DNA from: a virus
Lineage: Duplodnaviria; Caudoviricetes
DNA: 64,000 nt
Reading direction: 5' to 3' (one strand)
Virus record (IMG/VR): IMGVR_UViG_3300020161_002395
Span: 1 to 64,000 of that record
Shown here: positions 55,451-64,000 of the stretch, piece after piece
Layout: the number at the start of each line of letters is the position of its first letter
Position numbering within the stretch: position 1 is the stretch's first letter
Position numbers and translations under genes: made by a program
The notes under the pieces: generated by a model
Seen by the model: the letters and a program-made list of their open reading frames with translations, nothing else
What the model was told of the DNA's origin: nothing
Database searches by the model: none

Positions 55451-55836
55451 GTAATATAAAATGTACAAATGTAGTTCCATTACATGATCATATTATTGTC
55501 TCTGATATGAATTTTGCAGAACAAGTAACACAAGCTGGTTTAATTATTGGCAGTGATAATGGTAAATCAGAAGGCATTAAACCACGGTGGGCTAAAGTAT
55601 TTGCCGTTGGTAGGGATCAAACTAAAATTAAAATAGGTGATTGGATCTTAATTGAACATGGTAGATGGACTCGTGGCGCAAAAGTAGAACTTGATTCTGG
55701 CATCATTGCTGATATTCGTCGTGTAGAAAATAAATCTATAATGATGATTTCTGACGAACAACCAACAGATGTATACCTTGGTCATTCAAACAAATCAACA
55801 ACCCAGACATTTGACTTTAGCAAGCCAATGTTTTAA
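55447..55836 (+). CDS. GroES-like co-chaperonin
   Basis: PLHDHIIV...TQAGLII...AKVFAVG...IKIGDWILIEHGRW. Confidence 0.75.
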   Translation: MSNIKCTNVVPLHDHIIVSDMNFAEQVTQAGLIIGSDNGKSEGIKPRWAKVFAVGRDQTKIKIGDWILIEHGRWTRGAKVELDSGIIADIRRVENKSIMMISDEQPTDVYLGHSNKSTTQTFDFSKPMF

Positions 55837-55909
55837 TCAATTACAGGGTCTTGACAGACCCTGTATTTTCTTGTATAATATATTTTTTAAATAAACAAAA
55901 GGATTGGAA

Positions 55910-56830
55910 ATGGCTACAAAGGAATTGTGGGTGGAAAAATATCGCCCTAACACTTTAGATGGATACGTTTTTAGAGATAATCATCAAAAAGCTCAGATAG
56001 AATCATGGATTAAAGATAATTCAATCCCGCACTTATTATTAAGTGGTAATGCTGGTATTGGTAAAACTACATTGGCAAAAATATTGTTTAATTTATTAAA
56101 CATTAATCAATATGATATACTAGAAATCAACGCATCGCGTAATAACTCAGTAGATGATGTGCGTGAGAAAGTTATGAATCACATCCAATTATTACCATTT
56201 GGTGAGTTCAAGGTTGTTTTATTGGATGAGGCTGATTACTTATCCCCAAATGCACAAGCAGCATTACGTGGTATAATGGAGGATTATCAAGATCTTGTTA
56301 GATTTGTGTTGACATGCAACTATCCTAATAAAATTATTCCTGCAATTCATAGTAGATGTCAAGGATTCCATATTGAAAAAGTTGACCAAACTGAATTCAC
56401 TGCCCGAGTTGCAACTATTCTTATTTCTGAAAATGTATCATTTGAATTAGATACATTAGATACTTTTATTAAAGCATCTTATCCAGATTTAAGAAAGTGT
56501 ATCAATATGGTTCAGATGAATAGTTTAGATGGAATGTTAATCACACCACATTCCAATGATAATGGTTCTGCTGATTATAAAATTGAAATGGTGCAGTTAT
56601 TCAAGACTGGTAAGATCACTGATGCACGGAAATTATTATGTAAGCAAGCAAGACCAGAAGAAATGGAAGAAATTTACAGATGGTTATACGATAATATTGA
56701 AATATTTGGGACAGAAGAAAACCAGGAGAAAGCTATTTTAATAATCAAACAGGGGTTAGTTGACCATACACTGGTGGTTGACCCTGAAATTAATTTATCA
56801 GCAACATTAATAAGGTTATCACATATATGA
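55910..56830 (+). CDS. Clamp loader AAA+ subunit (RFC small / T4 gp44-like)
   Basis: LWVEKYRP, GNAGIGKT, EINAS, LDEAD, SRC. Confidence 0.92.
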   Translation: MATKELWVEKYRPNTLDGYVFRDNHQKAQIESWIKDNSIPHLLLSGNAGIGKTTLAKILFNLLNINQYDILEINASRNNSVDDVREKVMNHIQLLPFGEFKVVLLDEADYLSPNAQAALRGIMEDYQDLVRFVLTCNYPNKIIPAIHSRCQGFHIEKVDQTEFTARVATILISENVSFELDTLDTFIKASYPDLRKCINMVQMNSLDGMLITPHSNDNGSADYKIEMVQLFKTGKITDARKLLCKQARPEEMEEIYRWLYDNIEIFGTEENQEKAILIIKQGLVDHTLVVDPEINLSATLIRLSHI

Positions 56831-57030
56831 CAGAAACCGCTACTATAACTCTGGTGAAAACAATAAGTTGGCGAGTAATTGCTACAATTGCCTCCTTCTT
56901 TGTATCGTATTTTTTAATCGATGATGTTGTAATTGCTGGGAGTATTGCTGGTATCCAAGTAATACTACACACTATCTTATATTATATCCATGAACGATTG
57001 TGGATAAAATTAAAATGGGGTAAGATATAA
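56827..57030 (+). CDS. DUF2061-like membrane protein
   Basis: KTISWRVIAT...YYIHERLW...WG. Confidence 0.75.
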   Translation: MTETATITLVKTISWRVIATIASFFVSYFLIDDVVIAGSIAGIQVILHTILYYIHERLWIKLKWGKI

Positions 57031-57055
57031 AAAAAGGGGGCAGTTAGCCCCCTTT
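57029..57055. terminator. bidirectional terminator
   Basis: aaagggggc-agtta-gcccccttt between convergent genes. Confidence 0.8.
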
Positions 57056-57058
57056 CTG

Positions 57059-58834
57059 TTATTCACCGTAAATTGATAAAATTTCCACGATCACTGGATG
57101 GCGTTCTATATCCTCAACACCAAACTCCATAAGATCAATTAATGTAGCATTACTATTTTTTAATCTACGAATGAAATCATCTAAACCATTTTCACCTAAC
57201 CGATCTGCTTGATTAAGATCTCCAGTTACTACTAATTTTGAATTATCTCCAATTCTAGTGAGTAACATTTTCATTTGATTAACAGTTGTTCCTTGAATTT
57301 CATCAGCAACGATATAAGCATTCTTGAATGTATTATGTGTAACTATAAAATTATTAGTTAAATAAAGGCTGTCATCAGCAGCAACAGAAATACATTGACA
57401 TTCTTCCATACCAACATCTATTACATCAGTGATAAATCTCAACGCAGGTGATGGATTAAATAGATCGCGTTTTCTGGACAACTTGAAAGGATTTATAATT
57501 GAGGGTAAAACAATATCTACAACATTTACATCATAATTATGCCCGAATCCACTCTTATGCATACCATTTTTTAATGTGTGTTTTACTCTAATGTATGCAA
57601 TACCACCCAAAGATTCAACAAGCCATTTTACATCTCCTGCCAATTTTTCTGAAACCGAATAGAATTGAACTCGTGTTTTACCTGATCTGTGATAAAAAAT
57701 AGAGCCATCAGTATCCATCAAGCCTTGAAGAATTTCCAATCTAACATTTTCATCGTTCTGCATATAAACGTTTGGAATATGCTTATCAACTGCTGTTAAC
57801 CCCCATAATCCTAAATCAATTAATATACGTTTCATTGTATTTTTATTCTGTCCATCATTTTTTGATAACGTATAATCATAGCCCGTTTTACTGGATAAAT
57901 TTTTAACAATTTTCATTGAATGTGATAAACGTTGTTCAATTAATTGAATCATTTCTGGGTCGGCAGTAGAAAACCCGATAGATCCGCATGATATTGACCC
58001 ATCTCCCAATAAACACCCTAAAATATATGGATTTAATGGTATATTTTTAGATTCAATCATCGCAGGTGATGACACTAGTGGAATTTCATGGTTTTTGTGA
58101 CCGTGTTTATTTTTCAATGTTTGTTGTATTTCAGATGTTGTTTTTGTTGAATAACCCATATTTTTAGTTCGCTGAGATTGCGTTCTAGTATTCCATAAAT
58201 GATTCTTAGAGCATCTAACAACTGACCCATCTGAAAAATGCACATCAGCAACTGGTATCATGCCTTGTGGAAAGACTGCGGTTATAGGAGTTGGTTGGCC
58301 ATTAGAACCCAATACTAGATTACCTACTTTTAAATCCCCCATTTTTTGAGTACCAGTTGGAGTTGGTATCAAGGCGGTTATCGGTTCGGCTCTGCCACGC
58401 ATGTACGCTAGTGGGCTTATTTCGATAACACCTTCCTCTAAGTATTTTGTAATGTCTCTTTTTTGATAGTATTCTGAAAAGACATCAAAAATAGGTCTAG
58501 TCCAAGGTGCCATTTTTTCCTCTAATGTACCTGGTAAAAATCCTAAATCTTCGTCCACAGAAACGGCGGGTCTTGTCACAACGATTTTTTCAATTTTGCC
58601 TTCTTGAAATAATTTAATTCCATTTTGGACTGCCAACATAGTTTTACCTGTACCAGCTGGACCAATAGCAAATACTATGCTGTTAGTTTCATCTTGTAAT
58701 TTTCTTAGGTATTCTTTTTGGCTTTTATTTCTTGGGGATAGCGTAACTTGCTTACGCTTGGCTGGCATATATGGTTGAAAATCTATTATGTTAACTTCTG
58801 ATGTAAAACGTTTTTTCATTTGTTTTCTACTCAT
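57059..58834 (-). CDS. phoH: PhoH-family ATPase containing an intein
   Basis: GPAGTGKT, LGFLPG, PLAYMRGR|intein|TFKNAYIVADE, GDLNQ, RHP. Confidence 0.92.
   Translation of the reverse strand: MSRKQMKKRFTSEVNIIDFQPYMPAKRKQVTLSPRNKSQKEYLRKLQDETNSIVFAIGPAGTGKTMLAVQNGIKLFQEGKIEKIVVTRPAVSVDEDLGFLPGTLEEKMAPWTRPIFDVFSEYYQKRDITKYLEEGVIEISPLAYMRGRAEPITALIPTPTGTQKMGDLKVGNLVLGSNGQPTPITAVFPQGMIPVADVHFSDGSVVRCSKNHLWNTRTQSQRTKNMGYSTKTTSEIQQTLKNKHGHKNHEIPLVSSPAMIESKNIPLNPYILGCLLGDGSISCGSIGFSTADPEMIQLIEQRLSHSMKIVKNLSSKTGYDYTLSKNDGQNKNTMKRILIDLGLWGLTAVDKHIPNVYMQNDENVRLEILQGLMDTDGSIFYHRSGKTRVQFYSVSEKLAGDVKWLVESLGGIAYIRVKHTLKNGMHKSGFGHNYDVNVVDIVLPSIINPFKLSRKRDLFNPSPALRFITDVIDVGMEECQCISVAADDSLYLTNNFIVTHNTFKNAYIVADEIQGTTVNQMKMLLTRIGDNSKLVVTGDLNQADRLGENGLDDFIRRLKNSNATLIDLMEFGVEDIERHPVIVEILSIYGE
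57332..58390 (-). mobile_element. Intein (~353 aa) with LAGLIDADG endonuclease; Ala1, class-3 signature
   Basis: Starts AEPITAL, block B HLW, LGCLLGDG and LQGLMDTDG, block F CQCISV, ends VTHN before +1 Thr. Confidence 0.88.
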
Positions 58835-58990
58835 TCAGTAATCTCCTACTTGTATTGAGAAGCAGGACTTGTAGTGACCGCCATGATAACTACATAGGTC
58901 CTACATTAGTATTTACCTTTTTAAATAGAATTAAACACCTAAGTATAGTTTTATCAAGGCTAAATAAAGATAGAATAATAGGATTTAAAT

Positions 58991-59560
58991 ATGCATCATG
59001 ATGTATTAGATATTATAAAGAACGTTCACTCTTTATATGAAAACAACTCAAGTTTGGCAGCACTTAAAGATTTTGAACGTGTATTAGACGAAATGGACAT
59101 GTATGTCTATGATAATTGGATTGATGGTGAATTGGCATATGGACCAAAAATTGATAGGCATTGGATTACTGCTGGATTCATGTGGCCACACAAAAATATG
59201 CCAGATCCATCTGGCGGGAAACGATTAGTTGATCTTGGGTGTAAAGTAAAGTATCAAAAATCTCATTTAATCGAGCCTAGAGAAATAAAAACCCCAGAAG
59301 ACATCAGGCCAGGCACTAAAAAAGGAAAACTTGATAGAAAGCCAATCTGGATTGTTGAAATTCAGATGCCTAAAAAAGTAGCATTTGATATGTACAAGGG
59401 TTATATGGATAAGATGAAAAATGAAAATAATTATGGTTCATCTAAACAACAAGAAACCGCAGCTCCAGCAGTTGCCTCGCCGGTTGCACCTGCTCCGGTT
59501 GCACCTGGTGCAGCACCAGGTGCCGCAGCAATGCCAGCAGCACCACAACCTGGAATATAA
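58991..59560 (+). CDS. hypothetical phage protein
   Basis: DFERVLDEMDMYVYDNW...MPDP.GG.RL; Pro/Ala tail. Confidence 0.7.
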   Translation: MHHDVLDIIKNVHSLYENNSSLAALKDFERVLDEMDMYVYDNWIDGELAYGPKIDRHWITAGFMWPHKNMPDPSGGKRLVDLGCKVKYQKSHLIEPREIKTPEDIRPGTKKGKLDRKPIWIVEIQMPKKVAFDMYKGYMDKMKNENNYGSSKQQETAAPAVASPVAPAPVAPGAAPGAAAMPAAPQPGI

Positions 59561-59561
59561 A

Positions 59562-60296
59562 ATGACACAAATTACAGAAAGCTTACGTAGAAATGATCTT
59601 CAAAACTTAGTAAAAAAAGTTTTTGATATTGATTCATATAAAAGTAAAATTGGTGATGATTACGATGTTGTTGTATTAAGTTTTACAGTTGAAAGTGAAG
59701 ATCCAGCAACTGATCTAGAAAATTTTGTTGAAATGGGGTATGACTTTGTATTAGATGCAGATGTCAGTCCAGGTGAAACTGATGATGGGACATATAAAGT
59801 ATTTGTTGAACTAGAACGCAGCAGACATGTGGCAGAACAAATTATTGAACTATTAGATGGCATTGAATTGTTGACAGGAATACCAGATATGAGATTTCGA
59901 TATTTCAAAAATTTTGAAAGTCATGATGCCACGATTGAAAACTTAACAAAAATAATTCCAATCAATAAAGAATCATACGAGATTTCTACCAAGAAAAATA
60001 GTGTAGATAATTATGATAACTTTTTTTCAAATAGTACATCGGATGAAATAGAGGTAGTAAATGAATCAATCACTTTCAAGAAAATATGGAGTGATCCGAT
60101 TTCATTCAATATTATTAAAAGTGGCTCTAAACAATCTGTATATGACTATATCACCGGTCCAATTTTACTAGAAAGTAAAGATATTGCCGAAGTTATGTTC
60201 TTTACCAAATATATCGGTAATTATAATATTAATAAAATAGGGAATACATTTATATTTGAAAACAGCGGATGGGCTGTAGCATTGGAGAAGAAATAA
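59562..60296 (+). CDS. hypothetical phage protein
   Basis: DSYKSKIG...GYDFVLDADVSPGE...VFVELER. Confidence 0.7.
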   Translation: MTQITESLRRNDLQNLVKKVFDIDSYKSKIGDDYDVVVLSFTVESEDPATDLENFVEMGYDFVLDADVSPGETDDGTYKVFVELERSRHVAEQIIELLDGIELLTGIPDMRFRYFKNFESHDATIENLTKIIPINKESYEISTKKNSVDNYDNFFSNSTSDEIEVVNESITFKKIWSDPISFNIIKSGSKQSVYDYITGPILLESKDIAEVMFFTKYIGNYNINKIGNTFIFENSGWAVALEKK

Positions 60297-60922
60297 TGTC
60301 TTTTAAATTTGATTTTAAAAAAGAACACTTAGCGAAAATACTTCCTGGAAATCCATATATCGATTATTGGTATGATGCATTATCCATGATCTTACCTGAT
60401 TACGACATCGATACTATTCCTAGAGTAGCTGCGTTCTTAGCACAGACTGCTCATGAAAGTGGTAATTATAAATTCCTTAAAGAAAACCTAAATTATCGCG
60501 CAACTTCACTAAGAAAAGTATTTCCAAAATACTTTCCAACGGATTCATTAGCAGCAAAATATGCACATAACCAAGCTGCAATCGCCAATCGGGTGTATGG
60601 TGGTAGAATGGGGAATGGTCCAGAATCTAGTGGCGACGGATTTCGTTATTGTGGTCGTGGATTAATTCAATTAACCGGTAAATCTAATTATATGAAATTT
60701 GCAGAATCAATTGAAACTCCAGTAGAAGAAATTCCAGAATATTTATCTACATTTGAGGGAGCTATCCAATCAGCATGTTGGTACTGGGAGGAAAATAACT
60801 TGAATCGTTGGGCTGACCAAGGTGATATACTAACATTGACTAAACGTATCAATGGGGGTACAATTGGTCTTGATGACCGTAAAAAACATTATGCTCATGC
60901 TTTGAAAGTCTTAGGGGCTTGA
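60296..60922 (+). CDS. Glycoside hydrolase family 19 endolysin
   Basis: AAFLAQTAHES, ENLNY, YCGRGLIQLTGKSNY, TKRINGG.IGLDDR. Confidence 0.9.
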   Translation: MSFKFDFKKEHLAKILPGNPYIDYWYDALSMILPDYDIDTIPRVAAFLAQTAHESGNYKFLKENLNYRATSLRKVFPKYFPTDSLAAKYAHNQAAIANRVYGGRMGNGPESSGDGFRYCGRGLIQLTGKSNYMKFAESIETPVEEIPEYLSTFEGAIQSACWYWEENNLNRWADQGDILTLTKRINGGTIGLDDRKKHYAHALKVLGA

Positions 60923-60923
60923 C

Positions 60924-61370
60924 ATGATCATCCTACATCTGTTACCAGATAGTTTTCTTGCAATGACGGTTCACTTAATTCTATTGTTAGGAATTTCTGG
61001 TACAGTACTAGGATTTTTTTTACAATACATACCTGGGATAATTCAATATAGAATTCCTCTTAAAGTTTTATCTACTTTATTACTAATTTCCGGTATTTAT
61101 TTTGAAGGCAGTTATTCAACCGAAATGGGTTGGAGAGCTAGAGTTAAAGAAGTCGAGGCCAAGGTCGCGATTGCTGAAGCCAAATCTCAAGAAGTAAATG
61201 TTATTATTCAAGAGAAAGTAGTTGAAAAAATTAAAGTAGTAAAAGAAAAAGTAATAGTTAACCAAGTAAAAATTCAGAAAGAAAAAGAGATTATAAATGC
61301 TGAATGTAAAATTCCTAATATTGCAATTGATATTTATAACACTGCTGTAAAAGGAGGTTCCAATGAATAA
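60924..61370 (+). CDS. putative inner-membrane spanin (Rz-like)
   Basis: N-terminal TMs + coiled coil + Cys, next to the endolysin. Confidence 0.6.
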   Translation: MIILHLLPDSFLAMTVHLILLLGISGTVLGFFLQYIPGIIQYRIPLKVLSTLLLISGIYFEGSYSTEMGWRARVKEVEAKVAIAEAKSQEVNVIIQEKVVEKIKVVKEKVIVNQVKIQKEKEIINAECKIPNIAIDIYNTAVKGGSNE

Positions 61371-61623
61371 GTATTTGATTATATTATTAGGTCTTTCTGG
61401 ATGCACTACCGCAGTTCCTGTTACTGTTAAATTTCCAGAAGTACCAAGTGTGTTATTAGAACCAGCACCAGTATTAAACCCATTAGCGTCAGACCAGAGA
61501 GAACTTAGTGATTTGCTAGAGAATGTTAATGAAAATTATGGAACTTATTATGAGATTCGTGAAAAGTTAAATGCATGGCAGTTCTGGTATAAAACACAAA
61601 AAAATATTTATGACAAAATTTAA
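61363..61623 (+). CDS. putative outer-membrane spanin lipoprotein (Rz1-like)
   Basis: Lipobox LSG-C, Pro-rich. Confidence 0.65.
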   Translation: MNKYLIILLGLSGCTTAVPVTVKFPEVPSVLLEPAPVLNPLASDQRELSDLLENVNENYGTYYEIREKLNAWQFWYKTQKNIYDKI

Positions 61624-61632
61624 GGAGTAATA

Positions 61633-62124
61633 ATGTCAAAGGAAAATTATAATGATATGACAGCAGCGGAAAAAGCTGGCGAAGACTTTATGTCAAAAAA
61701 TTGGAGACCAATGATGGCAATGACTTACATGTTAACATGTTTGTTTGATTTCATTGCTGGACCAATTCTTTATAATATGTTACAATATTATAATCCAGGA
61801 CAACATTTGGATATGTGGCAACCATTAACACTACAAGGTGGTGGTTTATATCATATCGCGATGGGTGTTGTATTAGGTATTACCGCACATGGTAGAACAC
61901 AGGAAAAAATTAACGGGGTTGAAGCACCGGCATTGCCAAGTTTAAGCAACTTCATGCCACAACAAACTGCACCAGCACCTGCACCATTTGCTCAACCAAC
62001 ACAACCTGCGTTTGGCGCACCAGCACCAGGATTCCCTCCACAACCGGTTCAAGGATTTGCTCCACCCGTTGGAGAAAGTAAATTCGGTAAATTAGTTCCA
62101 CAACCAGAAGACCCAATTTTATAA
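61633..62124 (+). CDS. putative holin (3TM-type)
   Basis: WRPMMAMTY...WQPLTL.GGGLYH.AMG.VLG...GRTQEK. Confidence 0.6.
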   Translation: MSKENYNDMTAAEKAGEDFMSKNWRPMMAMTYMLTCLFDFIAGPILYNMLQYYNPGQHLDMWQPLTLQGGGLYHIAMGVVLGITAHGRTQEKINGVEAPALPSLSNFMPQQTAPAPAPFAQPTQPAFGAPAPGFPPQPVQGFAPPVGESKFGKLVPQPEDPIL

Positions 62125-62133
62125 GGAGAAAAT

Positions 62134-62322
62134 ATGAAATTATTAGCATTAATGATTGCCCTTTCATTCGCAACTCCAACATTTGCTGAACACGCTTGTG
62201 CCCCAGTAGTTGAGAAAAAAGTTGAAGAAAAGAAAGTTGAAGAGAAAAAAGCTGCTGAAAAACCAGCTAAGAAAAAACACAAAAAATATGAAGGAACTAA
62301 AATTCCAGATGCAAAAAAATAA
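62134..62322 (+). CDS. small secreted Lys-rich protein
   Basis: Signal peptide, EEKK repeats. Confidence 0.55.
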   Translation: MKLLALMIALSFATPTFAEHACAPVVEKKVEEKKVEEKKAAEKPAKKKHKKYEGTKIPDAKK

Positions 62323-62393
62323 GTAATAATACTTGACAAGTTATGTTTAAAATAGTATAATAAGTATTATTTTTTACATAACTTGTTTTTATT

Positions 62394-63230
62394 ATGACTG
62401 ATTATTATACAACATTGGGCGTTGATAAAAACGCCACACAAGAAGAAATCAAAAAAGCTTATAAAACGCTAGCCAACAAACATCATCCAGATAAAGGTGG
62501 GGATGAAGCAAAATTCAAAGAAATTTCAGTTGCATATGATACCGTAGGTGATGCACAAAAGCGAGCAAAATATGATCAACATCAATCATATGGCGGCAAC
62601 ACTCGACACGACTTTCACAATTATAGCGAATTCGAAGATTTATTTAATTCAACATTTGGACATCCATTCGGTGATATATTTGGCCGTCGAACAATGTACC
62701 GAAATCGCGATTTAAATTTAAATTGCAGAGTTTCATTTGTTGATTCATTTACAGGAAAACAACTAGAGGCCAAATATACATTACCAAGTGGTAAATCACA
62801 ATCTGTTATTATTGATGTACCAGCTGGTGTTGAGCATGGTGATACCATTAATTATAGAGGGTTGGGGGATGATTCATTAACTCATGTACAAAGAGGTGAT
62901 TTACATGTAACCATATTGGTTGATAAAGACGATAAATTTGACAGAGTTGGTAATGATCTGTATACTACGGTTGAAATTAACCCAATTGAAGCAATGATTG
63001 GATGCAGAAAAGAAATTAAAACTATTACGGGTGAATCAATGTTTTTAGATATTAGACCAGGTGTAGAATCTGGGGTTGAATATGCTAAACAAAACAGTGG
63101 GTTCAAGAATATTCGTTCTGGTCAACGCGGTAGATTTGTTTCTGTAATTAGAATTAAAACCCCAATTATATCCAACCAAGCTACACTTAATAAGTTAAAA
63201 GAAATTTTAAAAGACATCAACAATTCTTAA
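62394..63230 (+). CDS. dnaJ: DnaJ/CbpA-type co-chaperone (no Zn finger)
   Basis: DYYTTLGV...[19 protein letters not shown]; C-terminal DnaJ domain. Confidence 0.88.
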   Translation: MTDYYTTLGVDKNATQEEIKKAYKTLANKHHPDKGGDEAKFKEISVAYDTVGDAQKRAKYDQHQSYGGNTRHDFHNYSEFEDLFNSTFGHPFGDIFGRRTMYRNRDLNLNCRVSFVDSFTGKQLEAKYTLPSGKSQSVIIDVPAGVEHGDTINYRGLGDDSLTHVQRGDLHVTILVDKDDKFDRVGNDLYTTVEINPIEAMIGCRKEIKTITGESMFLDIRPGVESGVEYAKQNSGFKNIRSGQRGRFVSVIRIKTPIISNQATLNKLKEILKDINNS

Positions 63231-63251
63231 CAACAATATAGGAAAAATATA

Positions 63252-64000
63252 ATGGTAATACCAAGCTCAGAATTTGAAGAAGCACTCGCAACGGCAGCTG
63301 ATGTAGCAAAAAAACTTCATCATGAATACATTACAATCGAACATGTATTGTACGCAATGCTCACTAATACAGAATTTAGTGATACCATTAATTCATTTGG
63401 TTCTAATGCATCGAAACTCAAAAGCGCAGTTTTAGATCATTTAAATAACAAATGTCAAGATATTACGGTATCAGAACCTGTTACACAACCAAAGAAAACA
63501 GTTGCATTTGAACGCCTGTTAAATAAGGCGTTCACTCAAGTTATTTTCAAATATCGTCAGCAAGTTGGTATTGCCGATGCATTCCTGATGATGATGAATG
63601 AAAAACGTAGTTGGGCATTTTATTATATCTCACAAGCTGGTATCGAAAAAGATAAATTCTCTGACTTTTTAAATATGAATATTGATACTGAAGAAGAGGG
63701 GACTACAACTGAAGACCCTGATCCACGTTCAACCAAGGCATTGCAATCATATACAACCAATTTGAATGATCAAGTGACTAAAGGTAAAATCGACCCAGTT
63801 ATTGGCCGAGTTGATGAATTGGAAAATATTGCATTGGCGTTAGGTCGTCGTAGTAAAAATAATGTCATTCTAGTAGGTGATCCAGGTGTTGGTAAGACCG
63901 CAATTGCTGAAGGGTTGGCATATAACATCATTAAGGGTGGCGTACCAGATTTCTTGAAAGATTACACTGTTTATAATCTTGATATTTCTGCTATGTTGGC
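63252..64000 (+). CDS. clpA: ClpA/ClpB AAA+ chaperone, N-terminal part (not in ORF track)
   Basis: HEYITIEHVLYAML; KIDPVIGR..E...RRSKNNVILVGDPGVGKTAIAEGLA. Confidence 0.88.
   Translation, partial: MVIPSSEFEEALATAADVAKKLHHEYITIEHVLYAMLTNTEFSDTINSFGSNASKLKSAVLDHLNNKCQDITVSEPVTQPKKTVAFERLLNKAFTQVIFKYRQQVGIADAFLMMMNEKRSWAFYYISQAGIEKDKFSDFLNMNIDTEEEGTTTEDPDPRSTKALQSYTTNLNDQVTKGKIDPVIGRVDELENIALALGRRSKNNVILVGDPGVGKTAIAEGLAYNIIKGGVPDFLKDYTVYNLDISAML

Overview
AT-rich fragment of a large (jumbo-type) dsDNA phage genome in the standard genetic code, with sigma70-like early promoters (TTGACA-N16/17-TATAAT) and TAAATA-type late promoters. Layout: (1) 1-400, partial IS200/IS605 tnpB and its end hairpin. 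(2) 470-10990, a dense RNA island of about 14 tRNA genes, several structurally atypical, plus degenerate tRNA-like RNAs and translation/proteostasis genes (pth2, mtnD-like, ppiC, groES). (3) 11003-16614, a TROVE/Ro60-like vWA protein, YqeY, a metallophosphoesterase and an Rnl1-type RNA ligase. (4) 16.7-33.5 kb, accessory genes (infA, clpP, DNA ligase, MazG-like, DenV-like, a broken uvsE) invaded by homing endonucleases that share a structured leader. (5) 33.6-54.4 kb, very large virion/baseplate/fibre genes. (6) 54.6-64 kb, DnaE-like fragment, GroES-like, clamp loader, intein-containing phoH, lysis cassette, dnaJ and clpA. The main discovery is a family of 17 dispersed non-coding elements in the RNA island. 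Each has a covarying 6-8 bp closing helix (AGGATNN...NNATCCT-G) and an almost invariant CAGCA(A/T) box. They enclose interchangeable cargo: circularly permuted tRNAs (Pro, Leu, Val, Gly, Glu/Gly, Phe-like), isolated anticodon stem-loops (Ser GCT, Ser TGA), tRNA fragments or other hairpins. A cargo-less copy sits in the leader of the TROVE/vWA gene. My inference is a phage-encoded Ro-like protein with a library of Y-RNA-like tRNA mimics, next to RNA repair enzymes. All calls are by eye; no database searches were run.
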